This document shows, piece after piece, positions 9,295 through 19,345 of a stretch of 64,000 nt of DNA. The notes under the pieces are model-generated. The model made no database searches. It saw only the letters and a program-made list of their open reading frames with translations, and had not been told where the DNA came from. Every line of letters begins with the position of its first letter. The first letter of the stretch is position 1. This stretch comes from a virus, in the IMG/VR virus record IMGVR_UViG_3300045988_054118, positions 1 through 64,000 of that record. One strand, written 5' to 3'. The translations under genes and the position numbers were made by a program.

Positions 9295-9741
9295 ATGACA
9301 CTCGAAGAATTGAAAGACCAGAACGTAAACGCAGTAGAAAGAGCTAAGGCAGTAGTATCAGCATTGGGACTGAAAGGTGATGAACGCTCAGTTGTTGTCG
9401 GCTTGTCAAAGGGCGATAAGTTTAAGTTGGTAGCAATGAACAAGGTAGATTTACCTGCAAATGCCAACCAACCAAATCAAAGCAACTTTACTCCAATCAC
9501 ATTCAGCACTGACACAGGTGCAACCATTGGTGCAAAACACTTTGCGGGCGTAGAAATCGACGACGATGCTCCGGCAATCGGTTCAACTCCGTTGGAAAAT
9601 GCCGTTTTCCTTGTTTATTGCATTGACCACAATGTAACATTTAAGGTAGACAAAAAGGTAACGGAAGACATCGAAGCTACCGCAGACCGCCAAGCCTACA
9701 AGAAAAATACTTACAAGCTGGTAGTGGAAGACTATGATTAA
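9295..9741 (+). CDS. Hypothetical protein (locally GC-richer)
   Basis: ORF of 148 aa, TAA stop. Confidence 0.5.
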   Translation: MTLEELKDQNVNAVERAKAVVSALGLKGDERSVVVGLSKGDKFKLVAMNKVDLPANANQPNQSNFTPITFSTDTGATIGAKHFAGVEIDDDAPAIGSTPLENAVFLVYCIDHNVTFKVDKKVTEDIEATADRQAYKKNTYKLVVEDYD

Positions 9742-10704
9742 AAGATTGGGGAGAAATCCCCTTTCTTTTACATACAAATAAGCTTTGTAGAAATGGACAT
9801 AAGAAAAAAGTTTAAGACTATAAAGTGTTTGTATAATTGGGGCATAATCTATGACCCAAAGACTAATGAAAAGTTAAATTTCAAAGCCAAACGTGTTTAT
9901 TGCGTAACTTCTTGGGCTTGGATTATGACCTATCAAAAGTCAGAAGAAGATATCCCTGAGATAATTAGGATAGTCTTTGTAGATTAACTCTAAGGTACTA
10001 TGAGTTTTAAATAAAGTGCCCAACATGAACCCCATCATCGGAACGTTGGTTAACGGGGAAAACAACAAATCAAATCAAAGTTTTTGTTTAGTTTTAGGAT
10101 TATATCTGGCAGCTTGGAAAGACAAGCAAAATCTTTATACCTATCTGCTAATAGGTTTAGTGTTCAACGCGAAAATTCGGTAAAGGAGAGAAATTGTCCA
10201 CTAAAAAGACCCTCAATTTCCGGACTTTTTCCGATTTTCAAAAAATCCGCCAGAGTAGGAGTTATATAGCTCACACTCTCTATGGACATTATTTAGTATT
10301 TAGCCTATAAAAAGGCAACAAAAAGCGAGGCTACGCAGAAGAGCCTAACACCAAAAATAACTGCTACAAATTCTATGTGCATATTCGCAAACTTGAGCAC
10401 TATAGGATTTAGGTTGAGCTGTAAGGATTGGTCACTTATAGCAATATTATGAGTACTGCTGATATGTCAGTGACCGTACATATCACATATAAAATATGTT
10501 ATACAATTATGTTAGAAGTTGCCAGGTCTAAGAAGCCTGATTAAAATCTCTAGATAGTAAGAGAGAACCTCATAAGGGTTCATTTTCCATCTCGAATCTA
10601 TTCGCAAGTTTTGAGATTAGCTACCTCAGAATTTAGTGAACGTTGTATGTCTGGAAAACATACTAAATAATCTCCTATCTTATACTAGTTGTCAAGATAG
10701 GATT

Positions 10705-10775
10705 TCCCCATTAGTATAATGCTATTGCGCCTTCCTCTAAAGAAGGAGATTCTGGTTCGAGTCCAGAATGGGGGA
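10705..10775 (+). tRNA. Second tRNA-like gene with anticodon CUA (anticodon loop CTCTAAA); D-arm non-canonical
   Basis: Acceptor TCCCCAT/ATGGGGG (one G·U pair), anticodon stem CCTTC/GAAGG with loop CTCTAAA, T-arm TCTGG-TTCGAGT-CCAGA, discriminator A. Confidence 0.55.
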
Positions 10776-11192
10776 ACTTGGTATTTGAAGACTACAACTA
10801 CTTGTAGACTCTGTTGCAGTTAAAGATTATAATGGGTACGCCCTGAGACTAATGCAGAGCATCTCTTATGAATAGAGGTGTCTTATCGTGAGATAAGGCA
10901 AAGTATTGTGAGATTGAGAGAATTACTAGCTAAAATGTTAGAAGAAGACCCAGATTCAAGTAGCAATATCTACAAAGAAATATGGGGAGCTTATACTGCT
11001 GGGATGAACTCCTTGCTCGAGTAGCAACAATTCCAAGCTTGGTGAATTAAAACTAGCTAACCTAATTACTCTTTATAAGGTTGAGAATGTAAAAAGAGAA
11101 TTGGAATGGTAAGCCCATCTCCCTTCGTCCTTTGCTGGTTTAGAAGTGAAACAGAAACCAGCACTTTTTAGTAACTTATAAACTTTTATAAT

Positions 11193-11672
11193 ATGAATAC
11201 ATTAGCATTAGATCATGTAAACAAGCGCGCAGAATTCGTAATGTCGTTTACTATTCCTTTCAAAGCAGTTGAAGATCCAACGTCGCAGGCCAAGTGCTAC
11301 AGTCCGCATGAAGTAATTATGGCATGGCGAGAGGTGTGCATCAAAGCATTACGAATGAGAATCGATGCCTGTATGGAAATGTTGTTCCGCAACAAGGACA
11401 GAGTGATAGGCTCGGACGAACGTGGCGTTTTGTTTAAGAAGAAGAATGGAAACATTCACCACTTTTCTCATGCTAGCTGTTTTGCTATGGAGGCTTTCAT
11501 AGAGATATTGGAAGAAGCAGAGAGTGCCGGGGACATAACTTTCGATGCTCTTCAAATACAGCAACTGATAAAGGCTTTGTACTGGATTCCAGACGAACTG
11601 AAGAACGATCATCAGGGAATAGGTTTCGGAGAACTAATTGACTGCCTGCTCTGCATTTTAGCAACTCTCTGA
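11193..11672 (+). CDS. Hypothetical protein
   Basis: ORF of 159 aa. Confidence 0.5.
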   Translation: MNTLALDHVNKRAEFVMSFTIPFKAVEDPTSQAKCYSPHEVIMAWREVCIKALRMRIDACMEMLFRNKDRVIGSDERGVLFKKKNGNIHHFSHASCFAMEAFIEILEEAESAGDITFDALQIQQLIKALYWIPDELKNDHQGIGFGELIDCLLCILATL

Positions 11673-12186
11673 TAAACGAGTAGGAACTATCGTAATGATA
11701 GCTCTAATAGTTTCATCATTTAATTAGCATATGAAATATAAGATTGAATTTAACTATCGTTACGGTAAAGACTATGTATACTGTAATGAGTACCATGAAG
11801 ATGAGCGGTTCATACAGCCACTTAATTCTAATGGTAAACCCTTATGTACTATTGCAAAGACTAATATATTATCTATTAGAGAATGCAAATAACGCCAATG
11901 CTATAAAGATTGGCAAATTTAAGATTGCACATGGAGATCGAACGCTGAAACATGTGGTAACTAAATAGGAGAGGTCTGGTAGGTTCAAGGTAGTTCCGCT
12001 TAGTGTTTGCCTACTAAGTATCACTACACAGTCAGTTGGAAGACTGACATTTAAAAACTTAATAACTTCCCAAGACATTGAGGGCACCAGTTTCTTTACT
12101 ATAAAATGCGCGCAAACTACCAAAAGGTGTGAGTTGCTGCTTGTAAAGTTTTAGGTGTAAAATGCGATTAATAAAAGAAAAAGATT

Positions 12187-12780
12187 ATGGAACAGTATTT
12201 AGATGCAAAAATTAAGAGATTTACTCAAAAGCAATTATTCAAGAAAATAACTAAAGTTAAAACTATGCTAGGTTTAGGAGGATTACATCCTGAGAAATAC
12301 CTAGAAGTTGTACCCGAACATAAAAATTGTGTCCTAGTTGACTTCAATCCAGCAGATGCATTAGTAAGAAGAAATTCTCTTATTGGAGAGTTTGATTTAC
12401 TTACTAATTCTCCAGCGGAGAGAAGTCCGCTTAACTTCGTTGATTGTGATTTCTGCAAGTCTATTATAAATAATGGAGCAGATTTACTATATATTTATAC
12501 GAAGATGCAGCTTTCTCCAATTAGAAACAAGTATATCACATTTACTTTTAGTTGTAGAACTGCGGGAGACGAGAGAACAATTGAGTGGTTGGCAAAGAAT
12601 TTCCCAGAACTTGATATTCCAAGAAATTACGTGTTTATAAATGATACAAGATGTAAGGAGATTGGATATCGTCAGTATGTTAAACGTATGTATGATCCAA
12701 CTAGAGACAGATTCTTAGACATATACAAATACAGAGATTCTGGAGATAACATGATTACCGGACTAATTAAAATCCTCTGA
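12187..12780 (+). CDS. Hypothetical protein
   Basis: ORF of 197 aa. Confidence 0.5.
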   Translation: MEQYLDAKIKRFTQKQLFKKITKVKTMLGLGGLHPEKYLEVVPEHKNCVLVDFNPADALVRRNSLIGEFDLLTNSPAERSPLNFVDCDFCKSIINNGADLLYIYTKMQLSPIRNKYITFTFSCRTAGDERTIEWLAKNFPELDIPRNYVFINDTRCKEIGYRQYVKRMYDPTRDRFLDIYKYRDSGDNMITGLIKIL

Positions 12781-12845
12781 TGAGTCTTTGAAAATTAAGA
12801 CGAAACTACCCATCTTTGGGTAGTCAGGATTAAAAAGAAAAAGAA

Positions 12846-13046
12846 ATGAGAAAGTACAACAGATTAAATTGCGATTCAACTGTTCGCGCAAGATTTATAG
12901 ATACTTGGGGACGAGTAATAACTTTAGTCGGAACCCATGCCTTCGAATATGCCATTCACATAGAAGGAGTAAGAACAGTTACTGAAACATTTGAGAATGG
13001 AATATTAGCAAGAAAAAGATTTAACGAATTAAAAAAGAAACCATGA
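12846..13046 (+). CDS. Hypothetical small protein
   Basis: ORF; overlaps the next start as ATGA. Confidence 0.4.
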   Translation: MRKYNRLNCDSTVRARFIDTWGRVITLVGTHAFEYAIHIEGVRTVTETFENGILARKRFNELKKKP

Positions 13047-13276
13047 GAAAGAGATTTAAGATGAGCAGAATTGCTTCATCAGACAACTATGAGTTGTCAA
13101 GAAAGATTCACGCAATGTACCTCCAAAGATTTCACGAGGAGAACATAGAAGTGATTACAGAGATTTCATCTACATTAGTAATTAAAGAACAAAAGTATAT
13201 TCGGGTATTTGGGAAGTTAATTCCTGTTTCCGAAGAAGAATTGAGAATACATAACACTTTAATATCTGTGAAATGA
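13043..13276 (+). CDS. Hypothetical small protein
   Basis: ORF; overlaps the next start as ATGA. Confidence 0.4.
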   Translation: MRKRFKMSRIASSDNYELSRKIHAMYLQRFHEENIEVITEISSTLVIKEQKYIRVFGKLIPVSEEELRIHNTLISVK

Positions 13277-13515
13277 TGGAAGATTTGTTAACAATAGTAA
13301 GATGGGCAATAACATTGCCTGTTTGGTTGCTAGAACATATACTTAAGGCTATGACCTTGATAGTTCTGGTATTGGTAATCATCGTCATGGCGGTATTATA
13401 TCCGCTATTTCGGTCTATCTGGCGTAAGACAGGACAGTCTGTGATTTTTAAGTATGCAACAAAATGGAGAGGAAACTATCCGCTAACCAAAAAAGTATTT
13501 GACTTATGGCAATGA
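13273..13515 (+). CDS. Small membrane protein
   Basis: Hydrophobic stretch WAITLPVWLLEHILKAMTLIVLVLVIIVMAVLYPLF. Confidence 0.4.
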   Translation: MMEDLLTIVRWAITLPVWLLEHILKAMTLIVLVLVIIVMAVLYPLFRSIWRKTGQSVIFKYATKWRGNYPLTKKVFDLWQ

Positions 13516-13792
13516 TGAGAAGAATTACCGAAATAAACGGTGAGATAATTGTGGTAGAAACTATGATTATCGTAGGAGAAATAGTATTAATTACAGTACA
13601 AATAAATGGAGAACTAGTTCGCTATGAAATATTATCTGTTAGACAGTTATGGGAAGGTCGTTAGGGCCTTCTCAAGCTGGTCTGAGGCTAACAAATTTCG
13701 TATAACTAGAAATAGACCAGATTGGAGGATTGTATGACATACATCGTTGTATTTATAATATTAATCATCATGTGGAAAATGATTGAAGACGA

Positions 13793-14752
13793 ATGAAAAC
13801 AGTATTAACCCATACAGGAAAAATCTATGTTGATACAGAACATAGACTAGAGTTCTTAACTGTAGGAGACTATGGTAAGGAGAACAACATCAAGGCTGAT
13901 TTCTTAGGTCTAACTAAGGAAATCAATGGAGTAGAGAATACAGCAGTAGACCTAAGCAAGAAATGGGTAGCAACTATTTCAACTCAGAAAGGCTGTCCTA
14001 TGCATTGTAAATTCTGTGATGTTCCCAAGTTTGGATTCTATGGAAATGCTTCTATAGAAGATATGGATAGACAAATCCGAACTATTATAGAAGGCGAAAG
14101 TGTCAGAGAAACAGACAGGTTTAATGTACACTTTGCTAGAATGGGAGAACCAACATGGAATGATAATGTATTAGCATTTGGACTTGCTCTCAGAGGTGTG
14201 GTTAAGTCTGCAGGGTTAATAGCTAAAACTGTTCATCCAGTAGTTTCCACGATGCTTCCGAAAGCAAATAATAAGCTTGGAAACTTCTTACAGGTTTGGT
14301 GTAGCATAAAAAATGAGTTCTACAATGGAGAAGCAGGCTTACAGTTTTCAATCAATTCTACAGACGATGAACAGAGAAACGAGCTGTTTGACTCTAAGAG
14401 TTTGTCACTAGCACAAATTTCCCGGTTGGCTGACGAGTTACCAATGCCAGTAGGCAGAAAGTATACTCTAAATTTTCCAGTAACCTCACAAACTATTCTC
14501 GATGCGAAGGAATTGTCAAAGCTATTTGATAGGGAGAAATTTATTGTTAAAATCACTCCTATACATGAAACAGCTTCTGCTATAGAGAATGGTTTCCAGG
14601 TAACTGGATACTCTGATTATGACGTTTATCGTCGCTTCGAACAACCTTTATTGAAAGAAGGTTGGGATGTTATAGTGTTTGTTCCATCTAAGGAGGAAGA
14701 TTCTGACCGAATTACTTGTGGGAACGCACTAATCTCTGAAGAAAAGATTTAA
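13793..14752 (+). CDS. Radical SAM enzyme, function unknown
   Basis: CX3CX2C motif (GCPMHCKFCDVP) about 70 aa from the N-terminus; 319 aa. Confidence 0.6.
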   Translation: MKTVLTHTGKIYVDTEHRLEFLTVGDYGKENNIKADFLGLTKEINGVENTAVDLSKKWVATISTQKGCPMHCKFCDVPKFGFYGNASIEDMDRQIRTIIEGESVRETDRFNVHFARMGEPTWNDNVLAFGLALRGVVKSAGLIAKTVHPVVSTMLPKANNKLGNFLQVWCSIKNEFYNGEAGLQFSINSTDDEQRNELFDSKSLSLAQISRLADELPMPVGRKYTLNFPVTSQTILDAKELSKLFDREKFIVKITPIHETASAIENGFQVTGYSDYDVYRRFEQPLLKEGWDVIVFVPSKEEDSDRITCGNALISEEKI

Positions 14753-14814
14753 CAATTCTTAACTAAGAGAAATCTAGATTATACTATATAATAGTAGGCA
14801 AACTCTTAGTTATC

Positions 14815-14886
14815 CTTTCCTTAGTTCAATGGATAGAACCTCTGTCTTCTAAACAGATAATTCCAGTTCGAATCTGGAAGGAAAGA
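14815..14886 (+). tRNA. tRNA-Arg (anticodon TCT)
   Basis: Acceptor CTTTCCT/AGGAAAG, anticodon loop CTTCTAA, T-arm TCCAG-TTCGAAT-CTGGA. Confidence 0.75.
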
Positions 14887-14893
14887 CTATTAT

Positions 14894-14967
14894 TCTCCCT
14901 TAGCTCAACGGTAGAGCTTTCGACTTTTAATCGAAAGACAAGAGTTCGACTCTCTTAGGGAGAACCA
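14894..14967 (+). tRNA. tRNA-Lys (anticodon TTT), CCA encoded
   Basis: Acceptor TCTCCCT/AGGGAGA, D-stem GCTC/GAGC, anticodon loop CTTTTAA, T-arm AAGAG-TTCGACT-CTCTT, then ACCA. Confidence 0.8.
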
Positions 14968-15519
14968 ACTTTAAATAATTAAGCTATGATAAATGTAGAC
15001 GAATTAAGAAACAAAAAGTAGCTCGGAGAAATAGGAGAGCGTATAGCCATTGGTGAATTATCAAAATATGGATTAGATATTTTATTACCAATGTCTGACA
15101 ATCTACCATTTGATTTTGTTATATATTATAATAACAAGTTTTACAGAACTTAGGTGAAAACTACTGCGAGTAAAACTGTAAATAACTCGTTGAACTTTAG
15201 TTTAACAAGTAATAATTATAACAAAGGGACCGTTCACAAATACAACGAGGATGAAATAGATATTATGATATGTTGCGACCTTCATAACATCTATATATTT
15301 CCAGAATGTGATGTTGCTAATAGAAATTCTATTACTATTAGGGAGGAACCTCCAGCTAATAATTAGACAAAAGGTATAAACTTTGCAAAAGATTGCATCA
15401 TATCTATAGAAAGATTAAATTATACTTTCTCTAAGATAGAGAAATAATTCCCTATTAATAGGGAAGTCTTTTTCTTTTATTCCGCTAGTAAACATTTGTT
15501 GTGAAACACGTGTTTGCAT

Positions 15520-15592
15520 CTGGGTATAGTCGAGTTGGTAAGATGCTACATTTGGGATGTAGAGACCGCAGGTTCGAGTCCTGCTATCCAGA
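15520..15592 (+). tRNA. tRNA-Pro (anticodon TGG)
   Basis: Acceptor CTGGGTA/TATCCAG, anticodon stem CTACA/TGTAG with loop TTTGGGA, T-arm GCAGG-TTCGAGT-CCTGC. Confidence 0.75.
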
Positions 15593-15797
15593 CAAGAAGT
15601 AATCAACATTCACTATTAGTACAGCAATTAGGACTGTAGGGTGCCTTTTAGATGAATCCCTGATTACTCCGATTAACAGAGGCAATGTCCTTAATATCGT
15701 TACCACGCACTGCGGCTATTAGCTGTTAGATGATTTGGGGTGCCAAATGGAAGAACGGTAACAGCTATGTTAATTAGAACGAATCTGTTAATTGTAT

Positions 15798-15880
15798 GGG
15801 AGTGCGCCAACGTTGGAGAGTTGGGCTTGACTGTAAATCAAGTGCCTATGGCTTAGAAGGTTCGAATCCTTCCACTCCCA
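15798..15880 (+). tRNA. tRNA-Tyr (anticodon GTA), class II
   Basis: Acceptor GGGAGTG/CACTCCC, anticodon stem CTTGA/TCAAG with loop CTGTAAA, long variable arm, T-arm GAAGG-TTCGAAT-CCTTC. Confidence 0.75.
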
Positions 15881-15973
15881 CAAATTTAATGAATATGTTA
15901 ATAGGATTTTTAGTATTTATTACTCTAGAAATAGCTATAATAGCTACTATAGGGTTTACTTATTTTCACGAAG

Positions 15974-16345
15974 ATGATAAGAATTTCAAGAATTATCGCA
16001 AAGGAAAGAATAGCTGATTTGTTAGACTTAAATTTCGTGTCTAAGATAGAATTAAGACAGGGAAAACAAGGATTTAATAATCCTGCTATTTGTAGAGTAG
16101 AAATCTATTTACTACTTGAAAACGACAAAGAGTACTTTAACTCCAAAATGACTGATATTATGTCATGGGCACAAAAGAACAAATGTAACATTGCTTTTAC
16201 TACTGCTAGTATGGCTCTCAAAGACGGATTTATTAAAGAATCTGCTTTTGATGACTTTAACTATCCAGTTCCTAAAAAGTATAAGGCATTATGTGATATT
16301 TATTCAGCAAGTTACTTTAATCTATTTAATAGAAGAAAGCTATAA
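15974..16345 (+). CDS. Hypothetical protein
   Basis: ORF of 123 aa. Confidence 0.45.
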   Translation: MIRISRIIAKERIADLLDLNFVSKIELRQGKQGFNNPAICRVEIYLLLENDKEYFNSKMTDIMSWAQKNKCNIAFTTASMALKDGFIKESAFDDFNYPVPKKYKALCDIYSASYFNLFNRRKL

Positions 16346-16502
16346 TGGAAGACAAGTACGAAGGATTATCTGATGAAGAACTTAAAGAGATTTTCGAAGA
16401 TATGGAAGCAGACTATTGGATAGACTACTATCAGTCTCTTTGCGAATGAAACGCAGCAGTTGGCTTTCGGAATCTCTGTCTTAACAAAATGAGTCCGTAA
16501 TT

Positions 16503-16586
16503 GGGATTGTAACCGGTAATTGGTAGCCGCGCAGACTGTAAATCTGCTCTCTTTTGAGACTGGAGGTTCGAGTCCTCCCAATCCCA
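16503..16586 (+). tRNA. tRNA-Tyr (anticodon GTA), second copy, class II
   Basis: Acceptor GGGATTG/CAATCCC, anticodon arm GCAGA-CTGTAAA-TCTGC (identical to E. coli tRNA-Tyr), variable-arm hairpin TCTC-TTTT-GAGA, T-arm GGAGG-TTCGAGT-CCTCC. Confidence 0.7.
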
Positions 16587-17077
16587 CACATTTTAATTAA
16601 TTAGATTATGACAAAAGAAGAAGCAATTAGAGCTATGTCTGAAGGGAAGAAAGTAAGGCATAGATACTTTAGTAAAGACGAATGGGTAACTATAAATTCC
16701 AGCGGACTATATGAGTTCGAGGATGGTATAAAAGTTGACTCATCGTTATTCTGGATGGACAGACAGGATTCCTATTGGAATGATGGATGGAGCTTAGTTT
16801 AACTTTAAATAAGAATAAAAATGACAACGTATGAATACGGAAAAGGATACTTGCCAGAAATCTGGTACTAGTGTAATATTCCAAAAAGAAATTACGCAGT
16901 GTAGGAATGTCCCCATTGTAGAATCGCTCCTGACCCAGACCCTGATGACTGGTTCAATGACGATGATGAAAAAGCGCTTTGTAAAGAAGCTGGAAATAAA
17001 CTAATTGAGGGAATGTTAAGACCTTACGAAAGGGTATTAATTCCAGATTGGTGTCCATTAAAAACTAATAAACAAAA

Positions 17078-17542
17078 ATGAATAGAATTAAGACAAAAGC
17101 CTATCTTGAGGTAACTTTAGAGCAGGCACGCGAATGGTATGAAAGCGGTAATGAAGACTTGAAGAAATTAGCTCTTACTGCATTTAGTGAGGAAATGCTA
17201 ATTCCTTCCTTTAAAGAGATAGTAGAGTCTGAAGAAGATTATGGTTTTTGGAATACATTAGTATGTCCTCCAAGCATGGCAGAACAACTCAGTTCTCTAG
17301 CTAGTTTACAAATAGTTGCTAACTATCTAAATAAAGGATGGATCAAAGCAGAAGGTAATACTGGCTATTTTCTTGGAAAAGGTTCTTCTCTGTCTGGAAA
17401 GACGGAAACTGATATAAAAGGAGTGTACGTCGCCATGCATCAAAATGTAAAGTATCCAGGTGTTGTTTATTTCAGAACTGTAGCTGATGCACAGAAAGCA
17501 GTAAAGATTCTTGGTAAAAAGTTATTGCCATTACTTAAATAA
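17078..17542 (+). CDS. Hypothetical protein
   Basis: ORF of 154 aa. Confidence 0.5.
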   Translation: MNRIKTKAYLEVTLEQAREWYESGNEDLKKLALTAFSEEMLIPSFKEIVESEEDYGFWNTLVCPPSMAEQLSSLASLQIVANYLNKGWIKAEGNTGYFLGKGSSLSGKTETDIKGVYVAMHQNVKYPGVVYFRTVADAQKAVKILGKKLLPLLK

Positions 17543-17548
17543 TTTGAT

Positions 17549-17622
17549 GGTGTTATTAGTTCAGTTGGCAGAACGCTACATTGTGGCTGTAGAGGTCAGC
17601 GGTTCGAGTCCGCTATAACACC
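17549..17622 (+). tRNA. tRNA-His (anticodon GTG) with an encoded G-1
   Basis: An extra 5' G opposite discriminator C; acceptor GTGTTAT/ATAACAC, D-stem GTTC/GAAC, anticodon loop TTGTGGC, T-arm AGCGG-TTCGAGT-CCGCT. Confidence 0.8.
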
Positions 17623-17652
17623 CTAATCATGTTTTATTAAATATTATAACGA

Positions 17653-18213
17653 ATGAAAAAGACAATTGAAATTGAATGTCCAGATGGTTATAAACCCATC
17701 TATAATGCCGAAACTGGCAATGTTGAAATCGTTCCAGAAAACATTATGGGACGGATAAGAACCTATGAGGATGCTGTAAACTATCTAGGGTGTGTTACTA
17801 GAGATACTATTTACTATAATAGATCTGTAAATTCTCTAGCTAAGTTGCAGACAGTCTTGGATGCGCTAAATGAAGGTCACAAGTTCAATCTGTTAACTGG
17901 TACTATATGGTATCCCTGGGTTCGCTTCTTTAGAATGAAATCAGTTCCGAAGGATGCAGAGGTCATTGGTCACTTCCGTTATCAGGGCGAGAAATTCGCG
18001 TTGGTAGGCGGCCGCGCGGATCTTGGCGGCATTGCGGGTCTCGGCTATTTCGTTTCTCGCTTTGGCGTCGGCTTTGCCGCTTCCTATGTCGGGATGCTAG
18101 CGTGCAAATCTGAAGAAATTGCAAAATATGTGTCAACTCAGTTTGGAAAGCTAGTGTTTGATGCTTGTTTTGCAAGACATTTTGAAGGTAGAGAATTTGA
18201 ATGGCTTGACTAA
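17653..18213 (+). CDS. Hypothetical protein containing a ~100-nt GC-rich island (17990-18090)
   Basis: ORF of 186 aa; abrupt local shift in GC content and codon usage, including a GCGGCCGC (NotI) site. Confidence 0.5.
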   Translation: MKKTIEIECPDGYKPIYNAETGNVEIVPENIMGRIRTYEDAVNYLGCVTRDTIYYNRSVNSLAKLQTVLDALNEGHKFNLLTGTIWYPWVRFFRMKSVPKDAEVIGHFRYQGEKFALVGGRADLGGIAGLGYFVSRFGVGFAASYVGMLACKSEEIAKYVSTQFGKLVFDACFARHFEGREFEWLD

Positions 18214-18692
18214 TGAAAAAGTTCCTTGTATTTATGCTTGCTATGCTCTGGATGAGCGTAGCAGCTTTTTCTCAGATAACTATATCACAAGAAGACTATG
18301 ATAAGTTGCCAAGCGATACTAGAACTCAAATTGAGAAGATAACAACAGAGAAAGCTATAAAGGGTGAAATCAAGGAAGTTTCTGAGTATGCAAGTCTCGG
18401 AAAGGAGATTGGAGTTGCAGTAAATGAGACACTAAAAGCAGTTGAAGATTCGGCTATAAGAATATCTGAATCTAATCTAGGACAAACAGCGATAACTATT
18501 GTAGTATGGAAATTACTATATAAGGAGATAGCTGGAGTCGTAATAGGTATACTACTGTTAGGAATATCTCTATTTTTACTAATAACTGGAAGAGGAAAAC
18601 TATCTAAAGACGATGAAGATGCTGGCGGATGGATAAGTGTAGTCGGTGGCGCAGTATTCTTTATTTCTTCTATGATTTGTGTATTTGGCTGA
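18213..18692 (+). CDS. Secreted or membrane-anchored protein (signal peptide plus two C-terminal TM helices)
   Basis: N-terminus MKKFLVFMLAMLWMSVAAFSQ (Bacteroidetes-type SPase I site); C-terminal hydrophobic segments. Confidence 0.55.
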   Translation: MKKFLVFMLAMLWMSVAAFSQITISQEDYDKLPSDTRTQIEKITTEKAIKGEIKEVSEYASLGKEIGVAVNETLKAVEDSAIRISESNLGQTAITIVVWKLLYKEIAGVVIGILLLGISLFLLITGRGKLSKDDEDAGGWISVVGGAVFFISSMICVFG

Positions 18693-18765
18693 GGAGCAGT
18701 CCAGGCTATAGGCTGGTGTATTCTAGCTATATTCTGTGTAATATTGCTTCTTGGTATGATTTTTG

Positions 18766-18788
18766 GCTAGTCATAAGACTAGCTTTTG
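18766..18788 (+). terminator. Rho-independent terminator (GCTAGTC-ATAA-GACTAGC, then TTTT)
   Basis: 7-bp perfect stem, tetraloop, T-tract. Confidence 0.6.
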
Positions 18789-18888
18789 GAAGGGTGGCAG
18801 AGTCAGGTTTAATGTAATCGTAAAGATGAAAATCTAATACAAATTTTGTAAAAATGAACGCTTGGGAAAGTTAGTATAAATCTCATCA

Positions 18889-18959
18889 AGGGAATTTAGG
18901 ACTAGGAAGAGCTATAGCATACTATACTGCTCATTGCATTCCGGTCCTAATTCCCTTGA
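18889..18959 (+). other. Long-range inverted repeat (AAGGGAATTTAGGAC … GTCCTAATTCCCTT) enclosing ~40 nt; candidate structured RNA or regulatory element
   Basis: ~15-bp complementary arms with one bulge, in an intergenic region. Confidence 0.4.
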
Positions 18960-19247
18960 ATGATACATAGAAATATGACATTGTAGTAGATAAAGAGGGT
19001 TTGAAGAGAGTATCAGTTAAAACTACTCAACATTAGGTAAAGAGTGGAAATTATGAAGTCTTGTTGAAGAATTGCGGAGGTTCATCTGGAGATTCTAAGA
19101 TTAGACATTTTGATAATTCTACTTGTGATGTAGTATTTGTAGTAGTTATAACTGGGGACATGTATGAGATTCCCTCAAGTGAAATAAATGTTAAAGGGGC
19201 CTTGACATTAACCAGTGATTGGGATAAATATAAGGTTTCATTATAAT

Positions 19248-19339
19248 GGAGGTATAAGCCTAATTGCTAAGGCAGCAGTCTTGAAAACTGCCAGTAATCG
19301 TGTAACAGCGATGTGTGGGTTGGAGTCCCACTGCCTCCT
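19248..19339 (+). tRNA. tRNA-Ser (anticodon TGA, reads UCA), class II
   Basis: Acceptor GGAGGTA/TGCCTCC, anticodon stem GCAGT/ACTGC with loop CTTGAAA, long variable arm (ATCG…CGAT), T-arm GTGGG-TTGGAGT-CCCAC. Confidence 0.7.
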
Positions 19340-19345
19340 CAATCT

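Noticed and set aside
10560-10600. Hairpin GAACC-TCATAAG-GGTTC as a tRNA-Met anticodon arm
   Set aside because: No acceptor, D or T arms can be built around it. It is treated as an isolated hairpin within the non-coding region.
15415-16587. Track ORFs 15415..15609 (-), 15796..16017 (+ N-terminal part) and 16366..16587 (-) as coding
   Set aside because: They overlap tRNA-Pro, tRNA-Tyr and tRNA-Tyr #2 respectively. The translated segments are the tRNA sequences themselves.
19248-19339. tRNA with anticodon TGA as a possible opal (UGA) suppressor
   Set aside because: Anticodon 5'-TGA-3' reads the Ser codon UCA. A UGA suppressor would need anticodon TCA. TGA and TAA act as genuine stops throughout the window.
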